The translations under genes were made by a program, and so were the position numbers. From contig CAILCX010000100.1 in assembly GCA_903832775.1 (NCBI GenBank), positions 41,937-105,936 of the forward strand: 64,000 nt of DNA, given 5' to 3'. Origin of the DNA: an uncultured Methylobacter sp. (lineage in GTDB: Bacteria; Pseudomonadota; Gammaproteobacteria; Methylococcales; Methylomonadaceae). Each line of letters opens with the position of its first letter. The stretch's first letter is position 1. Of this stretch, positions 33,395-43,079 are shown in pieces. Under the pieces are notes generated by a model. That model saw only the letters and a program-made list of their open reading frames with translations. It did not search any database and was not told the DNA's origin.

Positions 33395-34536
33395 GCTTTT
33401 TCTCCGATTAATTTGGCGACTTTTTTACCGGATTTCGCCAGGTAGCTGGAGACAAGTTCATTCACCTTGAATTGCTTAGCATATTTTTCATAGATTCCCG
33501 CCAAACCGTCAGGAAAAAACATCACCACCGCGATAAACAAGCCGCCCATTAAAAACAGCCACAACTCGGGAAAAGTCTCGGAGAACATGGTCTTGCCAAA
33601 GTTAACCAGTAACGTGCCATAAACCGCGCCGATCAGGGACATGCGTCCGCCCACCGCCGCAAAAATCACCATTTCAATTGAAGGAACAATCCCCACAAAA
33701 CTGGGTGACATAAAGCCGATTTGCAGCGTAAACATGGCTCCGCCAATTGCCGAGATCATCGCTGCAACACAGAATATAAATATCTTGAAATTAGAAACGT
33801 CATAACCCGAGAATCTGACCCGCTCTTCTTTATCGCGCATTGCCAGCAACAACATGCCGAATTTGGAGGTCAAAATGTAACGTGCCAATAACATGCAAGC
33901 GATTAACAAACCGGCATTGGTAAAATATAAAATGTATTTGGCACTGTCGGTTCTTATATCCCAGCCCAATAGCGTTTTTAAGTCGGTAATTCCGTTAACG
34001 CCACCGGTATAACCTTGCTGACCGACAATCAAAATACTTAAGATCAGGGCAATCGCCTGGGTAATAATCGCAAAATAAACCCCGCCTACTCGACGTTTAA
34101 ACATCGCATAGCCAATGATAAAAGCCAACAAAGTCGGAACCAGCAATACAAGTATCAGTGTTAAGGGCAAGCTTTTGAAGGGCTGCCAAAAAAAGGGAAT
34201 TTCCGTCAACTGATTCCAATCCATAAAATCAGGGATTCCGGGTGTTGTTTGGATTTTGGTACTGACCGGATCAGAAGCTTCAAGTTTGAGGAACATCGCC
34301 ATGCAATAACCGCCCAAACCAAAAAACATACCCTGGCCCAGGCTCAAAATACCGCCGTTGCCCCACAACAACACCAGACTAATGGCGACAAAAGCATAAG
34401 TGACATATTTACCCAAAAGTCCCAGTCGAAACAAATCCAGCCATAAAGGAAAGACCACAAAAAGCATTAGCGCCAGTATCGCCAAACCAACAGCGCCCTG
34501 CTTTCCACCTAACAATTTATCTGATAGCGTGTTCAT
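33391..34536 (-). CDS. urtC: Urea ABC transporter permease UrtC
   Basis: LSLGQGMFFGLGGY, GVYFAIITQA, SIEMVIFAAVGGR. Confidence 0.95.
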   Translation of the reverse strand: MNTLSDKLLGGKQGAVGLAILALMLFVVFPLWLDLFRLGLLGKYVTYAFVAISLVLLWGNGGILSLGQGMFFGLGGYCMAMFLKLEASDPVSTKIQTTPGIPDFMDWNQLTEIPFFWQPFKSLPLTLILVLLVPTLLAFIIGYAMFKRRVGGVYFAIITQAIALILSILIVGQQGYTGGVNGITDLKTLLGWDIRTDSAKYILYFTNAGLLIACMLLARYILTSKFGMLLLAMRDKEERVRFSGYDVSNFKIFIFCVAAMISAIGGAMFTLQIGFMSPSFVGIVPSIEMVIFAAVGGRMSLIGAVYGTLLVNFGKTMFSETFPELWLFLMGGLFIAVVMFFPDGLAGIYEKYAKQFKVNELVSSYLAKSGKKVAKLIGEKA

Positions 34537-34548
34537 TTTTATCTCCCT

Positions 34549-35466
34549 TTATTTACGCACTTTAGATGCAAACAAACCCTCGGGTCGCATCATCAAAATA
34601 ATTACAATCGTCATCAAGGTAGAGACTTTACCCATGGAACTGGTCATAAAAAACTGCAAAATCGATTGCGCCTGAGCGATGCCAAACGCTGAGGCAATGG
34701 TGCCCATCAAACTTGCCGCACCACCAAACACGACCACCATAAAACTATCAACAATATACAGCGAGCCTGTGGTCGGCCCCGTTGAGGAAATGGTGGTAAA
34801 TGCCGCTCCCGCAACCCCCGCAATACCACAGCCTAAAGCGAAGGTAAGCCGGTCGACTTTTTGGGTATTAATCCCGACAGCACCGGCCATAATCCGGTTT
34901 TGCATGGTTGCCCGAATACGCAAACCGCCTCTTGAACGAAACATAAAAAGATAAACGCCAACTGTAACTATCAAGGCCAAAACCATGACGAATACCCCGT
35001 TAATTGGAATATCAATATCAGGAGTTGGTTTAAACGAGCCGAGTAGCCATTCCGGTAATTCGGCACTGACTTCTTTGGCACCAAAAGTGGAACGAAATAT
35101 TTGTTGCATGACCAGACTTAAACCCCAGGTCGCAAGCAAAGTATCCAACGGACGTTTGTAAAGATGTCTGATCAACAAGTATTCAATGAAATAGCCTATA
35201 AAAAAGGCCAGGATGAATGCCGCAATAATGGCAAAAATAAAATAAGAATCAACGATCTCGTATTTGACCGCCAATTTTGACATGAACACCGTGGTATAGG
35301 CGCCTACCGTCATAAACTCACCATGAGCCATGTTGATCACGCCCATTTGACCAAAGATAATGGCAAGACCTAACGCCATCAGCAGCAATACACTAAACAG
35401 GCTCAATCCGGAAAAACCCTGCATCACCACAATGTTGCCTACTTCCTCCATCGTATATCCAAACAT
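34549..35466 (-). CDS. urtB: Urea ABC transporter permease UrtB
   Basis: GQMGVINMAHGEF, RPLDTLLATWGLSL, YIVDSFMVVVFGG. Confidence 0.95.
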   Translation of the reverse strand: MFGYTMEEVGNIVVMQGFSGLSLFSVLLLMALGLAIIFGQMGVINMAHGEFMTVGAYTTVFMSKLAVKYEIVDSYFIFAIIAAFILAFFIGYFIEYLLIRHLYKRPLDTLLATWGLSLVMQQIFRSTFGAKEVSAELPEWLLGSFKPTPDIDIPINGVFVMVLALIVTVGVYLFMFRSRGGLRIRATMQNRIMAGAVGINTQKVDRLTFALGCGIAGVAGAAFTTISSTGPTTGSLYIVDSFMVVVFGGAASLMGTIASAFGIAQAQSILQFFMTSSMGKVSTLMTIVIILMMRPEGLFASKVRK

Positions 35467-35518
35467 AACCAGCCTCCAGCTAACTCACTTCACTTACACA
35501 AAATTCAGGTTTTGCATC

Positions 35519-35552
35519 ACCATAGCAGCCTAAAAAACATGACTGCTATGGT
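35519..35552 (-). other. Intercistronic stem-loop after urtA
   Basis: ACCATAGCAG-N14-CTGCTATGGT, in the position typical of mRNA-stabilising hairpins after binding-protein genes. Confidence 0.55.
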
Positions 35553-35571
35553 TTGATTCAAGACTTATGAC

Positions 35572-36822
35572 TTATTGGTAACCTTTAGGAAATGGATCTG
35601 GAGCAATCAACTCAGACTCGTAAACCACATCCGCTTGCCCGTCTTTACGCCATTGACCAATACGTAACTTGCTAAACAAATGGTGGTTCGGATCAACCTT
35701 GACATAACCTTCAGGAGCAGTGGTTAACTCGTAACCGGGTAAGGCAACAACGGCTTTATCGACGTCAAAACTGCCTGCACGTTCAACTGCAGCTTTCCAT
35801 AACCAAGGTCCCAAATAGGCAGCTTGGGTTACGTCACCGATTACGGCAGCTTCGCCATAAGCCTTTTTAAATTCAGCTACAAATTTTTCGTTGTTAGGAT
35901 TTTTCAAACTTTGAAAATACTTCATGGCTGTATAGAAGCCTTCCAGGTTTTCGCCGCCAATACCCAATACTTCGTCTTCAGTAACTGAAATAGTCAGCAT
36001 GGTTTGTTTTTTAGCATTCAAACCGGCTGCATTCAATTGTTTAAACCAGGCAACATTACTGCCACCGACAACTGCGGCATAAATAACATCAGGTTTTTTT
36101 AGCTTGATTTTGTTAATCACAGAACCAAACTGCGTATCACCCAAAGCCACATATTCTTCGCCAACAACCTTGCCACCCAAGTGTTGTTCAATATGCTTAC
36201 GGGCGATTTTCATGGAGGTACGTGGCCAAATATAATCTGAACCAATCAGATAATAGGTTTTTGCCTTTTTCTCTTTTGCTATCCAATCCAAACCGGCAAG
36301 AATTTGTTGGGTAGCTTCCTGTCCTGTGTAAAACACGTTTTTGGATTGTTCCAGACCTTCATAAAAGGTAGGATAAAACAACAAACCGTTGTCTTTTTCA
36401 AAGACGGGAAGTGCGGCTTTTCGTGAGGCCGAAGTCCAACAGCCAAATACCGCAGCTACCTTGTCATTTTCCAACAGTTTTTTCGATTTTTCGGCAAAGG
36501 TAGGCCAGTCGCTGGCGCCATCTTCCTGAATCACTTCAATCTTTCTGCCCAGAATACCGCCCATTTCATTAATCTGGGCAATTGCCAGCTTTTCAGCCTG
36601 AATGGAACCTGTTTCACTGATGGCCATTGTGCCGGTTGCTGAATGAAGAATACCGACAGTTACCGACGTGTCAGTAACCGCAAGCCCAGTTGTATTAACG
36701 ACTGCCGTTGGAAAATCTGCTGCAGTCGCATTATTTATGCCTAACGAAAGACCCAAGGCAAGCGATATGCCCGCGACAACGGCGCTTTTTTTAGCAAACT
36801 GACTTTTATAAATGTTACCCAT
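35572..36822 (-). CDS. urtA: Urea/short-chain amide ABC transporter substrate-binding protein UrtA
   Basis: GILHSATGTMAISE, EDGASDWPTFAEK, FGCWTSASRK, YPTFYEG, GSDYIWPR. Confidence 0.96.
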   Translation of the reverse strand: MGNIYKSQFAKKSAVVAGISLALGLSLGINNATAADFPTAVVNTTGLAVTDTSVTVGILHSATGTMAISETGSIQAEKLAIAQINEMGGILGRKIEVIQEDGASDWPTFAEKSKKLLENDKVAAVFGCWTSASRKAALPVFEKDNGLLFYPTFYEGLEQSKNVFYTGQEATQQILAGLDWIAKEKKAKTYYLIGSDYIWPRTSMKIARKHIEQHLGGKVVGEEYVALGDTQFGSVINKIKLKKPDVIYAAVVGGSNVAWFKQLNAAGLNAKKQTMLTISVTEDEVLGIGGENLEGFYTAMKYFQSLKNPNNEKFVAEFKKAYGEAAVIGDVTQAAYLGPWLWKAAVERAGSFDVDKAVVALPGYELTTAPEGYVKVDPNHHLFSKLRIGQWRKDGQADVVYESELIAPDPFPKGYQ

Positions 36823-37014
36823 TAGTTTCTCCTAATTAAAAAAATCAAACACACTCAACATTCATTCCCTAAACTGACAACATCCTGCATAACTCAACAC
36901 CTACTTAAAATGCTTACCTCTTTAAAAATGATCATGGGATTTGGCGGGCTATAATCGCCAAAAGTTTAATTACTCAGAATGAATCAATTCGCCCCTTCAG
37001 TACTTTCATTAATT

Positions 37015-37359
37015 TCAATGCCCCAACATCCAGGGCCTTGCTGTTTTCCTGGTTTGCATCTGAAAGCCATTCCCCGCTTGCTCCTGGTTTTTGACTTGTT
37101 CTGTTTTAGTGCTACAAGTATGACCACCGGTACAGCCGCAACTGGATCGGCGAGCTGTTCTTGGCTCATGAGCTGACTTTTCATTTCGCTCATGAGCCAT
37201 GCGCAGGGACTGGCCCAAAAGCGCATAATTTGGCACTGAAATCAAACGGTTACTAATTCCTCCACAGTTGTCACAAAATGCCGGCATGCTTGCTTCACTC
37301 ATCTTTCTGAGTGAAGTAAAAGGGCCACAATCATTACAGCGATATTCATATAAAGGCAT
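37015..37359 (-). CDS. fmdB: FmdB-family zinc-ribbon protein
   Basis: MPLYEYRCNDCG...CDNCG, directly downstream of formamidase. Confidence 0.88.
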   Translation of the reverse strand: MPLYEYRCNDCGPFTSLRKMSEASMPAFCDNCGGISNRLISVPNYALLGQSLRMAHERNEKSAHEPRTARRSSCGCTGGHTCSTKTEQVKNQEQAGNGFQMQTRKTARPWMLGH

Positions 37360-37387
37360 ACGCCCAACTCCTTTTTACAGTGTTCAA

Positions 37388-38611
37388 TTAGCTGGTTTTT
37401 GCCATATCGGTACTGCCGGAAATAATTATCTTGGGACCTTCAGCGTTGGGTTTTAAATCAAAATCAAAGATTTCTGTCGGTAGCCATAGCGTTGCACAAG
37501 CATTGGGTATATCGACAACACCACTGATATGACCTTCCACCGGCGCTGTGCCTAAAATTGACAAAGCCTGGGCGCCGCTGTAACCAAATTTTTTCAGGTA
37601 TTCAATTGCGTTTAAACAAGCCTGGCGGTAAGCGACATGAACATCCAGATAATGCTGTATGCCCTGTTCATCAACAGAAATACCCTCAAAAATAATATAA
37701 TCACGATACGAAGGCGTTAAGGGACTTGGCTGGAAGATTGGGTTTTTGATGCCATATTTCTTGACACCGTCTTTAATCAGGCTGACTTTAATATCCAGAT
37801 AACCGGCCATTTCAATAGCGCCACAAAAAGTAATCTCGCCATCGCCTTGTGAAAAATGCAGGTCGCCCATGGAAAGGCCGCCATCTTTGACGTAAACAGG
37901 GAAAAATACTTTCGAGCCTTTGGTAAGATTTTTAATGTCACAATTTCCGCCATGTTCACGCGGCGGAACTGTTCGGGCGCCTTCTGCGGCAGCCGCTTTG
38001 GCTGCATCACCGGTCAGTTTGCCCATTACCGCAGACTGCGGATTGGGCGGCAGTGCCAAGGCCGGAACCCGTTCGGGATCAGTAGCAATCAGATCGGCTT
38101 CCCGTTGATTCCATTTTTCCAGGAGCTCCCGTGAAGGCAAACAGCCAATCAGGCCAGGATGCATAATGCCTGCAAATTTAACATTGGGAATATGTCTTGA
38201 GGTGGTGTAAATTCCGTGAAAATCCCAGATCGATTTACGTGCCTCGGGATAATGATCGGTCAGGAAGCCGCCGCCATTTTCTCTTGAAAACAAGCCATTA
38301 AAGCCCCATTGCTGATCATCGAAAGTACCTACGTCAAGAATGTCGACCACCATCAGATCGCCAGGTTCAGCGCCCTCAACACCGATGGGCCCGCTCAGAT
38401 AATGCACTTGCGTTAAATCCACATCACGTACATCATTAGCACTATCGTTGTTGCCGATTTGACCACCGGTCCAGTCCATGCATTCCACACGGAACTCATC
38501 GCCCGGTTTGACCATTGCCACCATAGGCAGATCGGGGTGCCAGCGATTGTGAATCAGGCCGTCCTGTTCCCAGGGTTTTTTATCAAGATCCAATTTAATT
38601 AACGTTTTCAT
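37388..38611 (-). CDS. fmdA: Formamidase (acetamidase/formamidase family)
   Basis: HNRWHPD, HYLSGPI, PPREHGGNCDIK, GDLHFSQGDGEITFCGAIE. Confidence 0.96.
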   Translation of the reverse strand: MKTLIKLDLDKKPWEQDGLIHNRWHPDLPMVAMVKPGDEFRVECMDWTGGQIGNNDSANDVRDVDLTQVHYLSGPIGVEGAEPGDLMVVDILDVGTFDDQQWGFNGLFSRENGGGFLTDHYPEARKSIWDFHGIYTTSRHIPNVKFAGIMHPGLIGCLPSRELLEKWNQREADLIATDPERVPALALPPNPQSAVMGKLTGDAAKAAAAEGARTVPPREHGGNCDIKNLTKGSKVFFPVYVKDGGLSMGDLHFSQGDGEITFCGAIEMAGYLDIKVSLIKDGVKKYGIKNPIFQPSPLTPSYRDYIIFEGISVDEQGIQHYLDVHVAYRQACLNAIEYLKKFGYSGAQALSILGTAPVEGHISGVVDIPNACATLWLPTEIFDFDLKPNAEGPKIIISGSTDMAKTS

Positions 38612-38676
38612 GCCGCTACCTGCCTAACTGTGAATTCCAATAAAAACAAATTACTGTTTCGGACAAAATCATTCAT
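38608..38676 (-). CDS. Putative 22-aa leader ORF coupled to fmdA (MNDFVRNSNLFLLEFTVRQVAA)
   Basis: GAGGGAG RBS before the ATG at 38676; its TGA overlaps the fmdA ATG (ATGA). Too short for the ORF track. Confidence 0.45.
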   Translation of the reverse strand: MNDFVRNSNLFLLEFTVRQVAA

Positions 38677-38778
38677 TTACAGTCTCCCTCGCTCAAAAAA
38701 CCAAATGTAAAAGTATTCGCAGTAAAGTGTCGCTGCGAAAACTGGCGTGATTAATTATTTGATTTTCGGCCACTCTGC

Positions 38779-38816
38779 ACAATCCGTCATATAACTCATC
38801 AGTCATTTGACGTATG
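38779..38816. promoter_or_regulatory. Candidate operator copy B between fmdA and the divergent hypothetical/HK/RR unit
   Basis: ACAATCCGTCATATAACTCATCAGTCATTTGACGTATG; 36/38 identical to 31019-31056. Confidence 0.8.
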
Positions 38817-38870
38817 GCAAGAAATGGCTGATTTTTATATGATAATTAACAACTTATTTAGGAGTGCGTC

Positions 38871-39629
38871 ATGAACAGGTTTCATATACAGACAAACTAT
38901 GCCGTGTTCGGTTTACTGTTTTTTAGTGGTCTGGTTTGTCCTGCAATGGCTGCAGAACTAAAGCCTGAGAACATTGCTAAAGCGGAAATTAGCGCAATAC
39001 AGTTTAGTCTTGTCGATGACAATCTTGACCAGTTTGGCTTCGGTCTTTCTTCCAGTTTGATAACTGAACGGGTGAGCAAGAATCTGGCTGAATGGCACTA
39101 TCCAGTCAAGCTTAACGAAACCGGCTATTCCCATATACTTGAAGCGACACTGGGTAGAATTGTGAATGAGGAAACGCCGACTGGCTTTTCTTACAGCAGC
39201 GGCAACTCTGATCCCCGCTCGCCCCAATTTCAAAAGGCCAATGTTTTACCTATCAGCTGTCGCTTAAAAAAAGTCGGTAGCAAAGACACTAACGCGGAAA
39301 ATAAGATGACTTTTAGTGTCTATCAACTTTCTGGCGGCTTTAGCCAGACTAAGGTCGCTGACAAGTTGGTAGATCAGATCAGTACTGCTTGCCTTAGTTT
39401 GTTGGAAGAGTTGAAACTACCCACGGCAGGAAACACAACGGACAGCAGCACCTTCAAACCAACCTGGATGCCTGAGTTACGGGTCGAAGTCAAGCAAGTC
39501 CCGGAACCTGCAGATCCTAAAAATACCAAGCCCTCTGTTACTGAAAGTAACGATAATGGCCGTAAACAGATTATCATCTACAACCAAGGTTCACCGCTGA
39601 CTATTGATTTTGGTCATGTGCGACGTTAA
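38871..39629 (+). CDS. Exported hypothetical protein
   Basis: GGAG RBS, signal peptide (…CPAMAAE), 252 aa, no family recognised. Confidence 0.78.
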   Translation: MNRFHIQTNYAVFGLLFFSGLVCPAMAAELKPENIAKAEISAIQFSLVDDNLDQFGFGLSSSLITERVSKNLAEWHYPVKLNETGYSHILEATLGRIVNEETPTGFSYSSGNSDPRSPQFQKANVLPISCRLKKVGSKDTNAENKMTFSVYQLSGGFSQTKVADKLVDQISTACLSLLEELKLPTAGNTTDSSTFKPTWMPELRVEVKQVPEPADPKNTKPSVTESNDNGRKQIIIYNQGSPLTIDFGHVRR

Positions 39630-39701
39630 GCGTTCATGAAATAACCGCATGGAGTTTAGCCGAGGCTTAAGTTTTTTAAATAATCTAATGAATCGAGCGC
39701 C

Positions 39702-42700
39702 GTGAAAGCTAAAATCCACCAAAACATCGAAAAGATTCGTCGCGACTATAACGCGCTGGTGGCCAATGAAACCATGGAAGACTATGCCTTACGCTACGCA
39801 CCGCGCAGTTTCCGAAAATGGTCAGAGTTTGAGGTCGCCAACACCGCGTTTGGCTCTACCTCCTTTCTGGTGCTGGAAGCCATTGGCGGCTTTCTGTCGA
39901 TCAACTATGGTTTTACCAACGCTTTTTGGGCAATTCTGATTGCCGCTGTGGTGATCTTTATTACCAGTCTGCCGATCAGTTATTACGCCGCCCGCTACCA
40001 TATTGATATTGATTTGCTAACCCGTAGCGCGGGGTTTGGTTACATTGGTTCCACCGTCACATCCCTGATTTATGCCTCCTACACTTTCACGCTGTTCGCG
40101 CTGGAAGCCTCGATCATGTCACTGGCGATTGAGCTGTATTTCCATATCTCGTTACCGATTGCCTATGTGATCAGCGCTGTACTTGTCATACCTTTGGTAA
40201 CTTTCGGTATAACCACTATCAGCCGCATGCAGTTATGGACTCAGCCCTTATGGCTGATTATGTTAATTGCACCTTATGTAGCCGTTGCAATGCGCGAACC
40301 CGAAGCGATGCCCATCTTACAAACCTATTTTTGGTTTGCAGGCACCGGACAAGGTTTTGACTGGCTGTTATTCGGGGCCGCGTCCACAGTGGCTTTCTCA
40401 ATGATGGCGCAAATCGGCGAGCAGGTGGATTTTTTACGTTTTATGCCGGAAAAAACCCAGTCAAACAAGTATCGCTGGTGGCTTGCGATGCTGGCAGGCG
40501 GACCGGGCTGGATTGTATTTGGTGCAACCAGACAATTGCTGGGAGCTTTGTTGGCACATTTGGCGGTACGCAATGGAATCAGCCCAGAGCATGCCCATGA
40601 ACCTACGCAAATGTATTTGACTGCCTATAATCAGCTTTTCGACAATCCTCAATGGGCCTTGGCCGCTACCACACTGTTTGTCATTCTCAGTCAGATTAAA
40701 ATCAATGTGACCAATGCTTATGCCGGCTCGTTGGCCTGGTCTAATTTCTTTTCGCGACTGACGCATAGTCATCCGGGACGGGTGGTCTGGTTGTTTTTTA
40801 ATGTCATGATTGCGTTGTTGCTGATGGAATTTGGCGTTTTTGGTGCCCTGGAAAAAGTGTTGGGTTTGTTTTCCCATTTGTCGATAGCCTGGATCAGCAC
40901 CATTGCCGCCGAATTAATGATCAACAAACCCTTAGGTTTAAGTCCTAAAATAGTCGAATTCAAGCGTGCCTACCTGCCTGACCTGAATCCGGTCGGCATT
41001 TTATCTACCTTTTTCGCGTCTTTATTGTCGATAATGGCTTACTTGGGGCTTTTTGGCGAATTACCCAAAGCCTTTTCGGCGTTTATTTCCCTGGGCCTGG
41101 CTTTTATGCTGACACCCGCGATTGCCTGGCTTAGTCGCGGCAAACATTATCTGGCACGTAAGCGCGATGAGAATAACCAGAAATCACACAGCAAATGCAC
41201 CATTTGTGAAAACGACTTCGAACACGAAGACATGGCCTATTGCCCGGCCTATGCCGATAGCATCTGCTCGCTGTGTTGCACACTGGATGCGCGTTGCCTT
41301 GATGCCTGCAAGGTTGGTTTTCGTTTCGATGATTATCTGGAGGATATCGCTACACGCTTCCTGCCAGCAAAAATGACCATGACTTCCCGCTTGCGCTTTT
41401 TACGTTTTGCCCTGATGTTCACCTTTCTCTCTGCGTTGACCGGGATTTTTGTCAGTATCATTTATTATCAGGATTTATTAAGCGTTGAACACAACTACCA
41501 CGCTTTTAATTTATTGCTATACAACTTTTTCAAAGTTTATGCGGCTTTACTGGTTTTCATCGGTTTATGTACCTGGTGGCTGGTCTTGAATGACGAAAGC
41601 CGACGCGTTGCCCAGGAAGAAATTGCCAAACAAACTCAGCGACTGGTAATGGAAATTGCCGAACATAAAAGAACCGATGCCAAATTACAGCAAGCCACTA
41701 AAATGGCAGATCGTGCCAACAGCGCTAAAAGCCGTTTTTTAAGCAGTATGAGCCACGAAATACGAACCCCCTTAAACAGTATTGTCGGTTACGCCTATAT
41801 TCTGCAAAAAGATCCGACCATCCCGGCACATCGAAAACAAGCCGTCGATATTTTGAAACGGAGCGGCGAACATTTATCCTCATTGATTGAAGATATTCTC
41901 GACATTGCTCGTATCGAGGCGCGTAAATTTGAGCTGCGGCAAGAGCCAATTGATTTTCCGAATTTTATTGAACATCTGGTCAATATCTTCAAGCCGCAAG
42001 CGGAAGCAAAAGGCTTATCCTTTTACTGCCAGATTCTCAACACACTGCCTCAGCGGGTTCGAGGAGATGAAAAGCGGGTCGGGCAAATACTCATCAACCT
42101 GCTTGGCAATGCAATTAAATTTACTACGACTGGCGAGATCGTTTTTCGTATTGGTTACAGTTGTGGCGTAACGACTTTTCAGGTGGTCGATACCGGTCCC
42201 GGCATCCATGAAGATCAACTGCAAAATATTTTTCAGCCTTTCACTCAATTACCCAACGAGAATTTAGGTTCGGGAAGCGGACTTGGACTTACCATCAGTA
42301 AAATCCTGTCCGAAATCATGGGTGGTGAACTGGCTGTGATTAGCGTTCCTGATCAGGGTTCTACGTTTACCGTACGCTTGTTGTTGCCGAACCTTGGGGG
42401 CGAGCAACAATACCTTCAGGAAGAAGATATAACCGGCTATGAGGGCCGTCGTCAAAAAATATTGATTGTCGATGATCAACCGGAACATCGGCATTTAGTA
42501 ATGTCTATTTTGGCCCCCCTGGGCTTTATTGTTATTGAGGCCTGTAGCGGCGAAGCGTGTCTGGTTCAAGTACAGCAGCAGTTGCCGGATCTCATTTTGC
42601 TGGATTTATCCATGCCTGGACTTGATGGTACTGAAACGGCCCGTCAACTTCGCCAGCAAGGCTATGCAACGCCAATTGTGGTATTGAGCGCAAATGCTTA

Positions 42701-43079
42701 TCCGACTGACCGGCTCAATGCGATCAATGCCGGCTGTAACGATTTTCTGGCCAAACCTATTCAAGTTAATGAATTACTTTCCAAGCTTAAGCTGCATCTG
42801 GCGTTGGACTGGCTTTATCAAGATCAGACTGCGCAAAATAAGCCTGAATCTCTGGATAATTTTCAACTGCCACCTGCGCAGATTGTCGAAGATTTGACCG
42901 CTTACGTAAGGATAGGCGATGTTTTCGGACTTAATCAATCGTTGTCAGAGCTGATCCAACAGCATCCTGAATACACTTGTTTTGCGGAAAAAATCATCAC
43001 ATTGGCCAGGGAATTTCGTCTGGTTGAAATAAAAAAACTGTTACACATTGCCAGTGAAGAGCTTGCTAAAAATGATTAA
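39702..43079 (+). CDS. Hybrid histidine kinase with N-terminal NCS1/cytosine-permease-like transporter domain and Cys-rich linker
   Basis: About 12 hydrophobic segments in the first ~480 aa, 8-Cys cluster, two more TMs, MSHEIRTPLN H-box, NLLGNAIKFT / DTGPGI / GSGLGL, REC (IVDD, LLDLSMP, AKP); GTG start. Confidence 0.9.
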   Translation: MKAKIHQNIEKIRRDYNALVANETMEDYALRYAPRSFRKWSEFEVANTAFGSTSFLVLEAIGGFLSINYGFTNAFWAILIAAVVIFITSLPISYYAARYHIDIDLLTRSAGFGYIGSTVTSLIYASYTFTLFALEASIMSLAIELYFHISLPIAYVISAVLVIPLVTFGITTISRMQLWTQPLWLIMLIAPYVAVAMREPEAMPILQTYFWFAGTGQGFDWLLFGAASTVAFSMMAQIGEQVDFLRFMPEKTQSNKYRWWLAMLAGGPGWIVFGATRQLLGALLAHLAVRNGISPEHAHEPTQMYLTAYNQLFDNPQWALAATTLFVILSQIKINVTNAYAGSLAWSNFFSRLTHSHPGRVVWLFFNVMIALLLMEFGVFGALEKVLGLFSHLSIAWISTIAAELMINKPLGLSPKIVEFKRAYLPDLNPVGILSTFFASLLSIMAYLGLFGELPKAFSAFISLGLAFMLTPAIAWLSRGKHYLARKRDENNQKSHSKCTICENDFEHEDMAYCPAYADSICSLCCTLDARCLDACKVGFRFDDYLEDIATRFLPAKMTMTSRLRFLRFALMFTFLSALTGIFVSIIYYQDLLSVEHNYHAFNLLLYNFFKVYAALLVFIGLCTWWLVLNDESRRVAQEEIAKQTQRLVMEIAEHKRTDAKLQQATKMADRANSAKSRFLSSMSHEIRTPLNSIVGYAYILQKDPTIPAHRKQAVDILKRSGEHLSSLIEDILDIARIEARKFELRQEPIDFPNFIEHLVNIFKPQAEAKGLSFYCQILNTLPQRVRGDEKRVGQILINLLGNAIKFTTTGEIVFRIGYSCGVTTFQVVDTGPGIHEDQLQNIFQPFTQLPNENLGSGSGLGLTISKILSEIMGGELAVISVPDQGSTFTVRLLLPNLGGEQQYLQEEDITGYEGRRQKILIVDDQPEHRHLVMSILAPLGFIVIEACSGEACLVQVQQQLPDLILLDLSMPGLDGTETARQLRQQGYATPIVVLSANAYPTDRLNAINAGCNDFLAKPIQVNELLSKLKLHLALDWLYQDQTAQNKPESLDNFQLPPAQIVEDLTAYVRIGDVFGLNQSLSELIQQHPEYTCFAEKIITLAREFRLVEIKKLLHIASEELAKND

